Source: Desulfuromonadales bacterium (GTDB lineage: Bacteria > Desulfobacterota > Desulfuromonadia > Desulfuromonadales > JAGXHI01). Taken from it: a stretch of 64,000 bases of DNA. Shown here piece by piece: positions 8,730 to 17,792 of this stretch. Within the stretch, counting starts at the first letter, position 1; every line of letters begins with the position of its first letter. The notes below the pieces were generated by a model. The model did no database searches and was not told the origin of the DNA. It saw only the letters and a list, made by a program, of their open reading frames with translations. A program made the translations under genes and the position numbers. The stretch is taken from NCBI GenBank assembly GCA_024636295.1, contig JAGXHI010000028.1, positions 21,565 to 85,564 on the forward strand, read 5' to 3'.

Positions 8730-11432
8730 TCAGTCGGTCTCCAGACTTTCCAGAACCCTCTTTTTCAACTCATCCAGCTTTTCAGGTTGAGTGACCTTAT
8801 GCCCGAAAATGTCCTGAAGGTAGAAGGTATCTGAGACCTGATCGACCTTAGTGGAAATTTTGGAGACACCGATGTAGAGGCTGAGTTCCTTCAAGGTCCT
8901 GGTAATCTGATAAAGGAGACCGACTTTGTCGTTGGCGTATACATCGACGACTGTATATTCGTCCGAGACCTCGTTGTCGATTTCTACCCGGTTGGAGAAA
9001 CGTGGCCGTGCCGGTTTGGGAAGAAGACTTGAACCGCGTCGCCTGCTGACGAGGTTTTCCACCCGTCCCCGGCCCTCAAGGACGGAAACCAGATCGTCAC
9101 GCACCCTTTGCCATTTCCCTTCGTCATCGATGATTTCCCCCGCAGGGCTTTTCACCTGAAGGATATCAAGAGTCACCCCGTTGCTCTGGGTGTAAATCTG
9201 GGCGCCCATAATATTGACGCCGTTTGCAGCCATCACTCCGGCGATCTTTGAAAACAAGCCGGGAATATCCAAGGTGGATATGGTGACTTGTGTATATTCG
9301 CCCTGCGGTTCATGCTCCACTTTCATAACCAGTGGCTGGCTTCTGCGGCTGAGAATCAGCCTTATATGATCGGCGATGTCGACGGAGCGGTGCGACAGGA
9401 GATACCGGGTGCCCATGACCTTGAGGACATCCTTGACCGTCCGGGCGCCGAATTCCGCCTCCAGTATTCCAACGACCTTTTTCTTGCGGTTTCGTACTTT
9501 CTCCGAACGCTTCTCCAGCCGGAAATCGCTCCTTTCTAGAACATCGTAGGCTTTTTCATAGAGCTCGATCAGAAGGAAGCCTTTCCACTCGGACCAGACG
9601 TCCGGGCCCACCGCCTTCAGGTCGGCGAAGGTCAACAGAAAGAGCATTTTGAGATTTTCGCTCATCTCCATGGACCGGGCGAATTGAATGATCAGTTTGT
9701 CATCATGCAGATCCCGCCGCTGTGAGATGTGAGCCATGCTGAGGTGGTTGCGCACCAGGAATTCGAGACGCCTGCTATCTTCCTTTTTGAGACCCATCCG
9801 CCTTGCGATTGTGGGGATCATATCAGCGCCCTTGTTGCTGTGATCCTTGCCTTCCCCTTTGCCGATATCGTGAAGGAGCACGGCAAGATGCAGGAGTTCG
9901 AGCTTTTCGATATCGTTGGCAACACGAGTCAACAGGGGTTTTTTCTTCTGGTAATCCCCTCGCCGGAGTTTCTCGATCTCTTCCACGGCGAACAGGGAAT
10001 GGATATCGACCGTGTAAATGTGATAGGCGTCGTGCTGAACCTTGCAGTAAATCCGGTTGAATTCGGGAATGAACCGGGTGAGAAACTGAAGGTGATGCAT
10101 GTCTTTGAGGGTTTTGGCAACCCCGTGAGGATGACGGAGGATGTCCAGGAAAGTCTCGCTCATGGCGCGCGTGCGGCGAACCCGGTCGTTGATGCGGCGC
10201 AGGTTGTCCCGGATCAGCCCCTTGAGATGAAAGCTGAGTTCCACCTGATGCCGCTGGGCCAGCAGGAACGCCTTCATCATGAGGGAGGGATCCTCTACGA
10301 AGATGTTCTCCCGATTGACTCGAAGCTCTCCCCGCAGGACGTAAAAGCCGTCATCGACGAACCGCCGAGAAAGGTAGCCCATGATTTTGAGACCCGGCTC
10401 CTCCTGATTCGTGGCCTGTCCAATCAAAGAAGAGGACATATGTTCGACCCGAGTGCCGTGGGAATAATAATCCTGCATGAACTGCTCCACCGCGGGTGCT
10501 TTCCTGTTGTCCCGATAGCCAAGGAAATTAGCGATTTCTTCCTGCTGATCAAAATGGATCTGATCGTTCTTGCGCCCCGAAAGATAGTGAAGTTCGTTTC
10601 GTATTTTCCAGAGATAATCAAAGGCGCTCTCGAATTCCTCTCCCTCCCTTTCCGTCAGAACGCCCTTGATGATCAGGTCTCTCAGCGAGACTGATTTGTA
10701 CTTGATTCGCGCAATCCAGAGGGCGGAATGCAAGTCCCGCAGCCCCCCTTCTCCTTCTTTGATGTTGGGCTCCAGAAGGTATACCGAGGAGCCGTACTTC
10801 TGAAGCCTGCGACTCCTCTCCTCTATTTTTTCCCGAATAAAGGCCGAAGAATTCTTCATGATCGGTGTTCCGAGAACCTGTTTGGTGAATTCCCGGTACA
10901 GGTTATCGTCCCCGATCAGATAACGTGAATCGAGCAGGGCGGTACGGGCGGTGATGTCTTTCTCGATCATCTCCAGACAGTCCGCTGCGGTGCGAACGCT
11001 GTGCCCGATATCGAGGCCTAGGTCCCAGAGCAGGTAGAGCATCCTCTCGGAGATCTGTTCCGCCCACTTTTTTTCCCTGTCGCTGCAGAAAAAAAGGATA
11101 TCGATATCGGAACGGGGATTCAGTTCCCCCCGACCGTATCCTCCCAGAGCGACGAGCGTGCACGAACGCAACGCCTCATCCTTTAGATCCGCCGAGACGC
11201 CCCGGTACAGGTTCCGAACCAGCGTGTCCGCCATGGATGTCAGGTTGCCTACAATAGTCCGGCCCGAAGCGCCCGCCCGGTGCTCCTCACGGATGCGCTG
11301 TTGGTGATATTCAAGAAATGCGCTGGAGGAATCCAGTAGAATCCTGCGCCGCTCCTCGAAGGGAAGCCGTGAATCGGTGATGAGGTCTCGCGGATAGAAA
11401 TGATCCGAAGTGATCAGGTTCTGCGCACTCAT
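8730..11432 (-). CDS. glnD: [protein-PII] uridylyltransferase/uridylyl-removing enzyme GlnD
   Basis: 900 aa. Nucleotidyltransferase motif GGYGRGELNPRSDIDILF, an HD domain (LAVLLHDIGKG), and two C-terminal ACT-like segments. Confidence 0.9.
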   Translation of the reverse strand: MSAQNLITSDHFYPRDLITDSRLPFEERRRILLDSSSAFLEYHQQRIREEHRAGASGRTIVGNLTSMADTLVRNLYRGVSADLKDEALRSCTLVALGGYGRGELNPRSDIDILFFCSDREKKWAEQISERMLYLLWDLGLDIGHSVRTAADCLEMIEKDITARTALLDSRYLIGDDNLYREFTKQVLGTPIMKNSSAFIREKIEERSRRLQKYGSSVYLLEPNIKEGEGGLRDLHSALWIARIKYKSVSLRDLIIKGVLTEREGEEFESAFDYLWKIRNELHYLSGRKNDQIHFDQQEEIANFLGYRDNRKAPAVEQFMQDYYSHGTRVEHMSSSLIGQATNQEEPGLKIMGYLSRRFVDDGFYVLRGELRVNRENIFVEDPSLMMKAFLLAQRHQVELSFHLKGLIRDNLRRINDRVRRTRAMSETFLDILRHPHGVAKTLKDMHHLQFLTRFIPEFNRIYCKVQHDAYHIYTVDIHSLFAVEEIEKLRRGDYQKKKPLLTRVANDIEKLELLHLAVLLHDIGKGEGKDHSNKGADMIPTIARRMGLKKEDSRRLEFLVRNHLSMAHISQRRDLHDDKLIIQFARSMEMSENLKMLFLLTFADLKAVGPDVWSEWKGFLLIELYEKAYDVLERSDFRLEKRSEKVRNRKKKVVGILEAEFGARTVKDVLKVMGTRYLLSHRSVDIADHIRLILSRRSQPLVMKVEHEPQGEYTQVTISTLDIPGLFSKIAGVMAANGVNIMGAQIYTQSNGVTLDILQVKSPAGEIIDDEGKWQRVRDDLVSVLEGRGRVENLVSRRRGSSLLPKPARPRFSNRVEIDNEVSDEYTVVDVYANDKVGLLYQITRTLKELSLYIGVSKISTKVDQVSDTFYLQDIFGHKVTQPEKLDELKKRVLESLETD

Positions 11433-13117
11433 TTGGAGGCGACCATTTTAAGGGAATCGGCATAACGTCGAACGGCCCGTGATATGGATTCCGCCGTCTT
11501 CTCCTGGAACCCTTTGTCGATGAGGCGGGCCTCCTCCCGTTTATTGCTGATAAATGCCGTTTCGACCAATACCGAGGGCATCGTCGCTCCCAGAAGCACA
11601 TAGAAGGGACCCTGGCGAACGCCAAGATCCCTGATATTGGAATAGTGGCGTCCGAGGTCATTGACCAGGGATTTCTGGATCTCCGCCGCGAGTCGGCTCG
11701 ACTCGTTGATCTTGGAATTGGCCATCAGATCGAAAAGGATCAGTTCAAGATTCCCGATCTCCTTGAGAGACGTGCCGTTTTCACGTGCAGCGACCGCCGC
11801 AGCCTTCTCATTCTTGGAAAAATTCAGGTAAAATGTTTCGACTCCGAAGGCGCTTCGGTTCGGCGCTGCGTTGGCGTGGATGGAAATAAAAAGGTCCGCC
11901 CCGAACCGATTCGCGATCGCGGTTCTCTCCTCCAGAGGCAGGTAAACATCAGAGTTCCTGGTTAGAATCACCTCGCAACCGAGATCCTGCTCCAATCGAC
12001 GGGCCACGATCTTCGCCATCGCGAGGACAACATCCTTTTCCAACACACCGGAGGGGCCGACGGCCCCTGGATCCTTGCCACCGTGGCCGGCATCCACTAC
12101 GATTCGTCGAAGGCTGAAACCCTCGGACGGTGGAATGCCGACCTTCCCGGGTTTTTCCCTGCCGTTGCTCAGCAGCCTGTCGATACTGCCAGAGGGTGCG
12201 CTCCGAATTTCCGACCTGGCTGCTTTCATTTCAGCACTGCCGGTCACATCCAGAACAATCCGATGCGGATCCTTCAGGTGGAAGATCTTGTAATCGTCGA
12301 ATCTGTTCAGGTCCAGGACGACACGGACATCGTTATTCGCAGGCCTTCCTGTCCGAATCCGTTTCAAAAGGCTGCCTTCCACCTCGAAAGCTTCAGACAG
12401 ATCCCCCGAAGGGGCGGCGTTCCGTATATCCACATAGATCCGGGGAGGTTTTCCCTTTTCGGCGGCTTTCCCGAGAGAGTTGGACTCGAACTCCGCCGGT
12501 CCGGTCAGGTCGATCACGACCCGGGTGTATCCCGGGTTGCTCCAATACCGTATCCCACTCACTTCCACCCTGCCCAGATATTTCTCTGCCGGCGCGGTGC
12601 GAACGGGGGCGAAACGAGCCAGCTCGTCCCTCTTTTTCCTGGCGGAGCCGTTCATGTCTCCAGAGGGGAATTCTTCTGCCGCTTTTCGATATCTCAGATA
12701 GGCTTCCGCCGGGTCTTTAAGGATATTTTCCTGAATTTTTGCCGCAAGCACAAGGGCATCATCCGCAAGGGAACTCTCCGGATAACGATCCGCGATCCGA
12801 TCGAAGATCTCAATGGCCCGGCGTGCGTCTTTTTGTGCCCGGGAAACCTCGTACAGACCGCTGCAGGCCTTTCCACCCAGGTACAGAGCGGAAGGAGCTT
12901 TCGAGGATCGAGGGAAATTTTCGTCCACCGAAAGAAAAGCTTCGATCACGCGGTTCCAGTTCTCCCGATAAAGCTGTTTCCGGGCAGAGGATAGAAGCTG
13001 GCGGTATTCCTCTTTCGCACTCCGATACGCCTTTTCGCCGGAAGAGGCGTCGACCGGGGGAGATGCCAGAAGCAGGAGAAGCACACACGGAAGGAAAATA
13101 CGAAAAAAATTCATCAT
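11429..13117 (-). CDS. N-acetylmuramoyl-L-alanine amidase (AmiC-like) with TPR-like N-terminal region
   Basis: 562 aa. Signal peptide. Amidase_3 motifs VVDAGHGGKDPGA and ADLFISIHANA. Overlaps the glnD start by 4 bp. Confidence 0.85.
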   Translation of the reverse strand: MMNFFRIFLPCVLLLLLASPPVDASSGEKAYRSAKEEYRQLLSSARKQLYRENWNRVIEAFLSVDENFPRSSKAPSALYLGGKACSGLYEVSRAQKDARRAIEIFDRIADRYPESSLADDALVLAAKIQENILKDPAEAYLRYRKAAEEFPSGDMNGSARKKRDELARFAPVRTAPAEKYLGRVEVSGIRYWSNPGYTRVVIDLTGPAEFESNSLGKAAEKGKPPRIYVDIRNAAPSGDLSEAFEVEGSLLKRIRTGRPANNDVRVVLDLNRFDDYKIFHLKDPHRIVLDVTGSAEMKAARSEIRSAPSGSIDRLLSNGREKPGKVGIPPSEGFSLRRIVVDAGHGGKDPGAVGPSGVLEKDVVLAMAKIVARRLEQDLGCEVILTRNSDVYLPLEERTAIANRFGADLFISIHANAAPNRSAFGVETFYLNFSKNEKAAAVAARENGTSLKEIGNLELILFDLMANSKINESSRLAAEIQKSLVNDLGRHYSNIRDLGVRQGPFYVLLGATMPSVLVETAFISNKREEARLIDKGFQEKTAESISRAVRRYADSLKMVASK

Positions 13118-15732
13118 TACACCATTTGTTTCAATTCATTCAAAAGATTCAACGCTTCCAGAGGAGTAAGAACGGAGATGTCAATTTCCTCGAGGCGCCG
13201 CCGAAGTTCACCTGAATCTTCCCTGAACAGCGAGAGTTGGGGCTTCATTTCGGCAACTTCACCCCGTCGGCTGTGGGCAAGTCTCGGATGCCCTTCTTTC
13301 TCGAATTCCCCCGATTCGAGGTTGCGAAGGATTTCGCGGGCGCGCCCGATGACTATTTCGGGAAGACCCGCCAGACGGGCAACCTGTATTCCATAGGAAT
13401 GGCTGGCGCCCCCTTTGACGATCTTCCTGAGGAAAACAATCTGATCATTCCACTCCCGAACGGCGATATTGTAATTTTTCACCCGTTCACGGGTCAATGC
13501 GAGTTCGGTCAGCTCATGATAGTGTGTTGCGAAGAGGGTCTTGGCGGCCACCCGGGGGAAATCATGGAGATACTCGGCAACCGACCAGGCGATGCTGATT
13601 CCGTCAAAAGTCGAGGTTCCCCGTCCAATTTCATCCAGAACGATCAGACTGCGAGAGGTGGCGTGATGGAGGATATTCGCTGTTTCGGTCATTTCCACCA
13701 TAAAAGTGGACTGACCTTTGGACAGGTTGTCACTTGCGCCCACCCGGGTGAAAATTCGGTCCACAATTCCGACAGTAGCCGACCGGGCCGGCACGAAACT
13801 GCCGGTCTGGGCAAGAAGGGTGATCAGGGCGACCTGTCGCATGAAAGTGGATTTTCCCGCCATGTTCGGACCGGTAATAACAAGGATCTGGTTCTCAACG
13901 GAATCCATTTTCACATCATTGGGAACGAACCGTTCCGAGAGCGCCTGCGCTTCAATAACCGGATGCCGGCCGTCGATGATTTCCAAGGCGTTTCCGTCGT
14001 TTACCTCGGGCCGGGCATAATCCCTTTCGTGGGCCAGTTCCGCCAGAGAATACAGCACGTCCAGAACTGCCAGGACTTCAGCCGTTTTCTGGATTCTCTT
14101 CCCCTCCTCCGCTGTCCTGCTCCGGACGGTCTGAAAAATCTCGTACTCAATCTCGACTATTTTTTCCTCGGCGCCCAGTATATTATCTTCGTACTCCTTG
14201 AGGGCAGGCGTAATGTAGCGCTCCGCGTTGGCCAGGGTCTGCTTGCGTACATAATCATCGGGGACCTTCTCGAAGTGTGTCCTGGTCACCTCGATGTAAT
14301 ACCCGAACACCCTGTTGTACCGGACCTTGAGGGAAGCAATGCCCGTTTTCTCCCTCTCCTCCCGCTCAAGCAGGGCGATCCAGCCTTTACCGTCCCGACT
14401 GATTCGTCGCAGGGCATCGAGTTCGGGATCGAACCCGTCCCGAATCAGGCCGCCTTCCCTCACAACAAAGGGGGGATCGTCGACCAGGGCTCCGCCAATC
14501 AAATCGGTTATATCGGTCAGGGGATCGAGTTCATTTCGAAGCTGAATAAGAAGAGAGGATTCCAATCCAGAGACGATCTCGAGAATACCCGGCAACCGGA
14601 GGAGAGAATTTTTAAGGGAAACAAGATCTTTGCCGCCGGCGGTTCCGAGGGAAATCCTGGAAATCAGCCGCTCCAGATCCTGTATCCCATCCAGTGCCTC
14701 CCGAAGATCTCCCCGTTCAAGGCTTTTTTCCAGCAGCTCCTCCACCGCGTCCTGGCGGCCCCGAATTCGCTCCACGTCGATCAAAGGTTGGCCGATCCAC
14801 TGTCTCAAAAGGCGCCCCCCCATGGAAGTGACCGTCCGGTCCATAACCCCGAGCAGAGATCCACGTCGGCTTCCGTCACGCATGGTGGCGGTCAATTCCA
14901 GGTTTCTTCGGGTCGCTTCGTCCAGGATCATGGCATCATGGGCGAAGTAGGTGGCAAGGGGTCGCAGATGCCGGACTCCCTCCTTCTGTGTTTCCTCAAG
15001 ATAGTGAAGAACCGCTCCGGCTGCAGCGATGGCGGCCATCAGTCCAGCGCACCCAAAAGGTTCAAGTGAGGCGCAGGCGTAAAAATTTCTGATACGCTCC
15101 CCGCATCGATCCGGATCGAACGCTTCCAGTGGAAGGGAACTGACCACCCGTTCCCGGAGATTAATGGAAAAATCCCGGGACAGAGATTCGCCGACAGTCC
15201 CCTCGGGAAGAAGAATCTCCCGTGGTTCGATAGATGTGATCTCACTGCGAACCTCGTCGACATCGGCGGTTTCCGTGGTACGGAATTCACCGGTGGTGAT
15301 GTCCAACACAGCTATTCCCCACCGGTTTTCAATGCAGGAGAGCGCCATGAGATAGTGGTTTTCCTTGGGCGTCAACAAATCGGCATCCATCACCAGTCCG
15401 GGGGTGATCACTCGGACAACGTCCCTCTTTACGATCCCTTTGGCGGTTTTTGGGTCCTCCACCTGTTCGCAGATCGCCACCTTGTAGCCCTGCTCGACCA
15501 GGCGTGCGATATACGGTTGACAGCTGTGATAAGGAATCCCGCACAGGGGGACATTGTCCGCCGCCCCCTTGTTCCGGGAGGTCAAGGCGATGTCGAGAAT
15601 TTTACTGGCGGTAAGGGCGTCCTCCATGAACATTTCATAGAAGTCCCCCAATCGGTAAAAGAGGATGGAATCGGGGTATCTGGATTTGATTTCCAGATAT
15701 TGCCGCATCATCGGGGTCGTTGCGGACATCAA
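13117..15732 (-). CDS. mutS: DNA mismatch repair protein MutS
   Basis: 871 aa. [12 protein letters not shown]-terminus, Walker [10 protein letters not shown], and [12 protein letters not shown]. Confidence 0.95.
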   Translation of the reverse strand: MMSATTPMMRQYLEIKSRYPDSILFYRLGDFYEMFMEDALTASKILDIALTSRNKGAADNVPLCGIPYHSCQPYIARLVEQGYKVAICEQVEDPKTAKGIVKRDVVRVITPGLVMDADLLTPKENHYLMALSCIENRWGIAVLDITTGEFRTTETADVDEVRSEITSIEPREILLPEGTVGESLSRDFSINLRERVVSSLPLEAFDPDRCGERIRNFYACASLEPFGCAGLMAAIAAAGAVLHYLEETQKEGVRHLRPLATYFAHDAMILDEATRRNLELTATMRDGSRRGSLLGVMDRTVTSMGGRLLRQWIGQPLIDVERIRGRQDAVEELLEKSLERGDLREALDGIQDLERLISRISLGTAGGKDLVSLKNSLLRLPGILEIVSGLESSLLIQLRNELDPLTDITDLIGGALVDDPPFVVREGGLIRDGFDPELDALRRISRDGKGWIALLEREEREKTGIASLKVRYNRVFGYYIEVTRTHFEKVPDDYVRKQTLANAERYITPALKEYEDNILGAEEKIVEIEYEIFQTVRSRTAEEGKRIQKTAEVLAVLDVLYSLAELAHERDYARPEVNDGNALEIIDGRHPVIEAQALSERFVPNDVKMDSVENQILVITGPNMAGKSTFMRQVALITLLAQTGSFVPARSATVGIVDRIFTRVGASDNLSKGQSTFMVEMTETANILHHATSRSLIVLDEIGRGTSTFDGISIAWSVAEYLHDFPRVAAKTLFATHYHELTELALTRERVKNYNIAVREWNDQIVFLRKIVKGGASHSYGIQVARLAGLPEIVIGRAREILRNLESGEFEKEGHPRLAHSRRGEVAEMKPQLSLFREDSGELRRRLEEIDISVLTPLEALNLLNELKQMV

Positions 15733-15923
15733 AACCTCGCTTGGGGAATAAACAATGCAGTCAATCCGAAAGAATCGGATATTTATTCTTTCATTTTTAG
15801 CATGTTATGTTAACAAAACCCACCCTTGCATGTAAATACAATTGGTTCGCCAACTAGAAGTTTCAATGATGTTTCTGAGATTAATGTCAAGAAATTCTCA
15901 TGTTGAAAGAAGCCCTTATAAAT

Positions 15924-16113
15924 GGCGCCCGGGTCGTCCGGAAACGGCCCTTTTCCTCAATCTCTGCGTCAACCAGCGGATTTGATTGTGCGGCGTAAAG
16001 GTCTACGTCTGCGCTCAAATCCTTGGTTTCCTTGACCTTGCGAAAAATGACTCGTTTCCAGATCGAAAACTGCATTTGTGCCTCCCGGGGTTTCCGGATG
16101 AGCGCTAACTATT
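15924..16113 (+). ncRNA. structured intergenic element, copy 2 (paralog of 7522-7715)
   Basis: Same order of helices as copy 1: 15935-15945/16090-16100 with one G:U, and hairpin 15978-15985/16015-16022. A possible sigma70 promoter lies upstream (TTCTCA 15895-15900, 16-nt spacer, TATAAA 15917-15922). Confidence 0.45.
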
Positions 16114-16176
16114 CCCGGGGAATTCTCTTGACCGGTCCAGAATGAGGTGCTAAGAAATTCGCCACCGGAGGATGAT

Positions 16177-16713
16177 ATGGACTGGAAAAATCTCCCGGAG
16201 GAAGACCGACGGCTCTTCGATCCGGAAAATTTTCATATTAAAGACCTGAAGGATGAAATTCAGGCGGATGAACTTTGCGTCAATTTACTGAGAATTTTTA
16301 TCCGAGAAAAGAAGGAAGCGGGAGAATTGAATGCCCATGAAGCTGGCGCTTTGGCAAGCGGAGCGGATTACTTCCTGCGGGACTTTATCATCTCCGATCG
16401 CAGAGAGAATATTTTCAAGGTCGATGCCTTTAGAATTCGTCAGTTCGCCGGCAACTGGTACATCGTCAAAAACATGCAGCCCAACCTTCCTGAACTGAAG
16501 GCGATACTGATGGGAGTCGAAGCTTTCTACGATTTCTGCACAAGGGCGGGAAGGATGGAGCAGGAACGATTTGACGGAATACGAAGGGAGTGCCGTCGCC
16601 TGGAGTACTTCGCGGAAAGAATCGAAAAATTCTGGGCCATCGAGGGAGCAGGCTTTTTTGAATGGGAGCGGGAGTGCTCTCTCAGGATTCCAACCCGCGA
16701 CGGAAAAGAATGA
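16177..16713 (+). CDS. hypothetical protein (about 178 aa)
   Basis: ORF 16147-16713. ATG 16177 is preferred because GGAGGA lies 4 nt upstream. Its stop overlaps the ATG of the CDF transporter (ATGA). No family recognised. Confidence 0.55.
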   Translation: MDWKNLPEEDRRLFDPENFHIKDLKDEIQADELCVNLLRIFIREKKEAGELNAHEAGALASGADYFLRDFIISDRRENIFKVDAFRIRQFAGNWYIVKNMQPNLPELKAILMGVEAFYDFCTRAGRMEQERFDGIRRECRRLEYFAERIEKFWAIEGAGFFEWERECSLRIPTRDGKE

Positions 16714-17648
16714 AAAAGGGCAATCCTAAAATCGCCGCCGCACGTCTTTCCATTCTGACGGCCATGGTCCTTGCGGTTATGAAATTTATTGCGGGTGCAA
16801 CGACGGGTTCCCTCGCCCTGCTCTCCTCGGCGGTTGATTCCCTTCTGGACATATTCATGTCCGGGGTCAATTACTTGGCTATTCGTCAGGCCGAACAACC
16901 TCCAGACGAAAAACATCCTTTCGGCCATGGTAAATTTGAGACAATCGCCACCCTTGTCCAGTCAACAATCATCGGCGCTTCAGGAATCTGGATTTTTTAC
17001 GAATCGGTTCGACGACTCATTAAAGGCACTGAACTGGTGAGGGTCGACAAGGGGCTTGCCGTACTTGTCGTGAGCGCCGCCGCCTCCTGGTGTCTTGCAT
17101 GGTATTTGAGGAAGACGGCCCGGGAAACGGACTCCTCCGCCCTTCGGGCCGATTCGCTTCATTACTCCATGGATGTTTTCACAAATCTGGCACTTCTGGC
17201 CGGCCTGGCCGCGATAAAGCTGACAGGCCTCACCTGGTTGGATCCTGCCCTTTCCATGCTGATGGCCGTATATATTCTCTTTGAAGCAGTACGCCTGGTG
17301 CGCCATGGAATGCAGGATGTCCTTGATACGGAGTTGCCCGAATCGACCCGCCGGGAGGTTGCCCGTCTGATCGAGGAGCACAGGGAACATCTACTTGGAT
17401 TTCATCGCCTGCGCACCCGCCGGGCTGGCTCCCAGAAAATCATGGATTTCCATCTGACCGTCTGCAAGCACCTCTCCGTTCAGGAGGCTCACGATATCGC
17501 CGACCATCTGGAAAAAAGAATCCAACAGGAAATCCATGGATCGGATGTGATTATTCATGTGGAACCCTGCGAAAGATCGGACTGCCCCGGGCAGGCGAAA
17601 TGTAGAGAGGAACGAACAAGATGGCATGGCGACGAAGCTGAGAACTGA
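16710..17648 (+). CDS. cation diffusion facilitator (CDF) family metal efflux transporter
   Basis: Start chosen at MKKGNPKIAAARLSIL. TM helices carry DSLLD and HYSMDVF metal-site motifs. C-terminal cytoplasmic domain (IHVEP). Confidence 0.85.
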   Translation: MKKGNPKIAAARLSILTAMVLAVMKFIAGATTGSLALLSSAVDSLLDIFMSGVNYLAIRQAEQPPDEKHPFGHGKFETIATLVQSTIIGASGIWIFYESVRRLIKGTELVRVDKGLAVLVVSAAASWCLAWYLRKTARETDSSALRADSLHYSMDVFTNLALLAGLAAIKLTGLTWLDPALSMLMAVYILFEAVRLVRHGMQDVLDTELPESTRREVARLIEEHREHLLGFHRLRTRRAGSQKIMDFHLTVCKHLSVQEAHDIADHLEKRIQQEIHGSDVIIHVEPCERSDCPGQAKCREERTRWHGDEAEN

Positions 17649-17682
17649 AAAAGGGAAGCCCCGTCACGAGAACCTCCCTTTC
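17648..17682 (+). terminator. stem-loop downstream of the CDF gene
   Basis: aaagggaag...cctcccttt inverted repeat followed by a C/T-rich tract. Lies in the convergent gap with the MCP gene. Confidence 0.4.
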
Positions 17683-17792
17683 TCTTTCTCTTTCTGTTCA
17701 GTCAAGAGAAGCTATTATATCGGCATCATCGGGACCGCGGATTCTAAGACTCTCATGTCCTTCGTTCCCCTGAAACAGCTTCAAAAGGAAGG

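Noticed and set aside
9729-10694. 321-aa plus-strand ORF
   Set aside because: Antisense shadow ORF inside glnD, with no motifs.
13237-15069. 610-aa ORF on the plus strand
   Set aside because: It lies entirely antisense to mutS, which has unmistakable motifs. Its translation is low-complexity (G/P/R-rich) with no recognisable domain. It is a typical shadow ORF.
15887-16075. 62-aa minus-strand ORF through element copy 2, with a ~50-codon counterpart in copy 1 (about 7529-7679)
   Set aside because: Between the copies almost all nucleotide changes are non-synonymous (about 2 of 12 silent). The C-termini differ and no SD is visible. The conservation is better explained at the RNA/DNA level.
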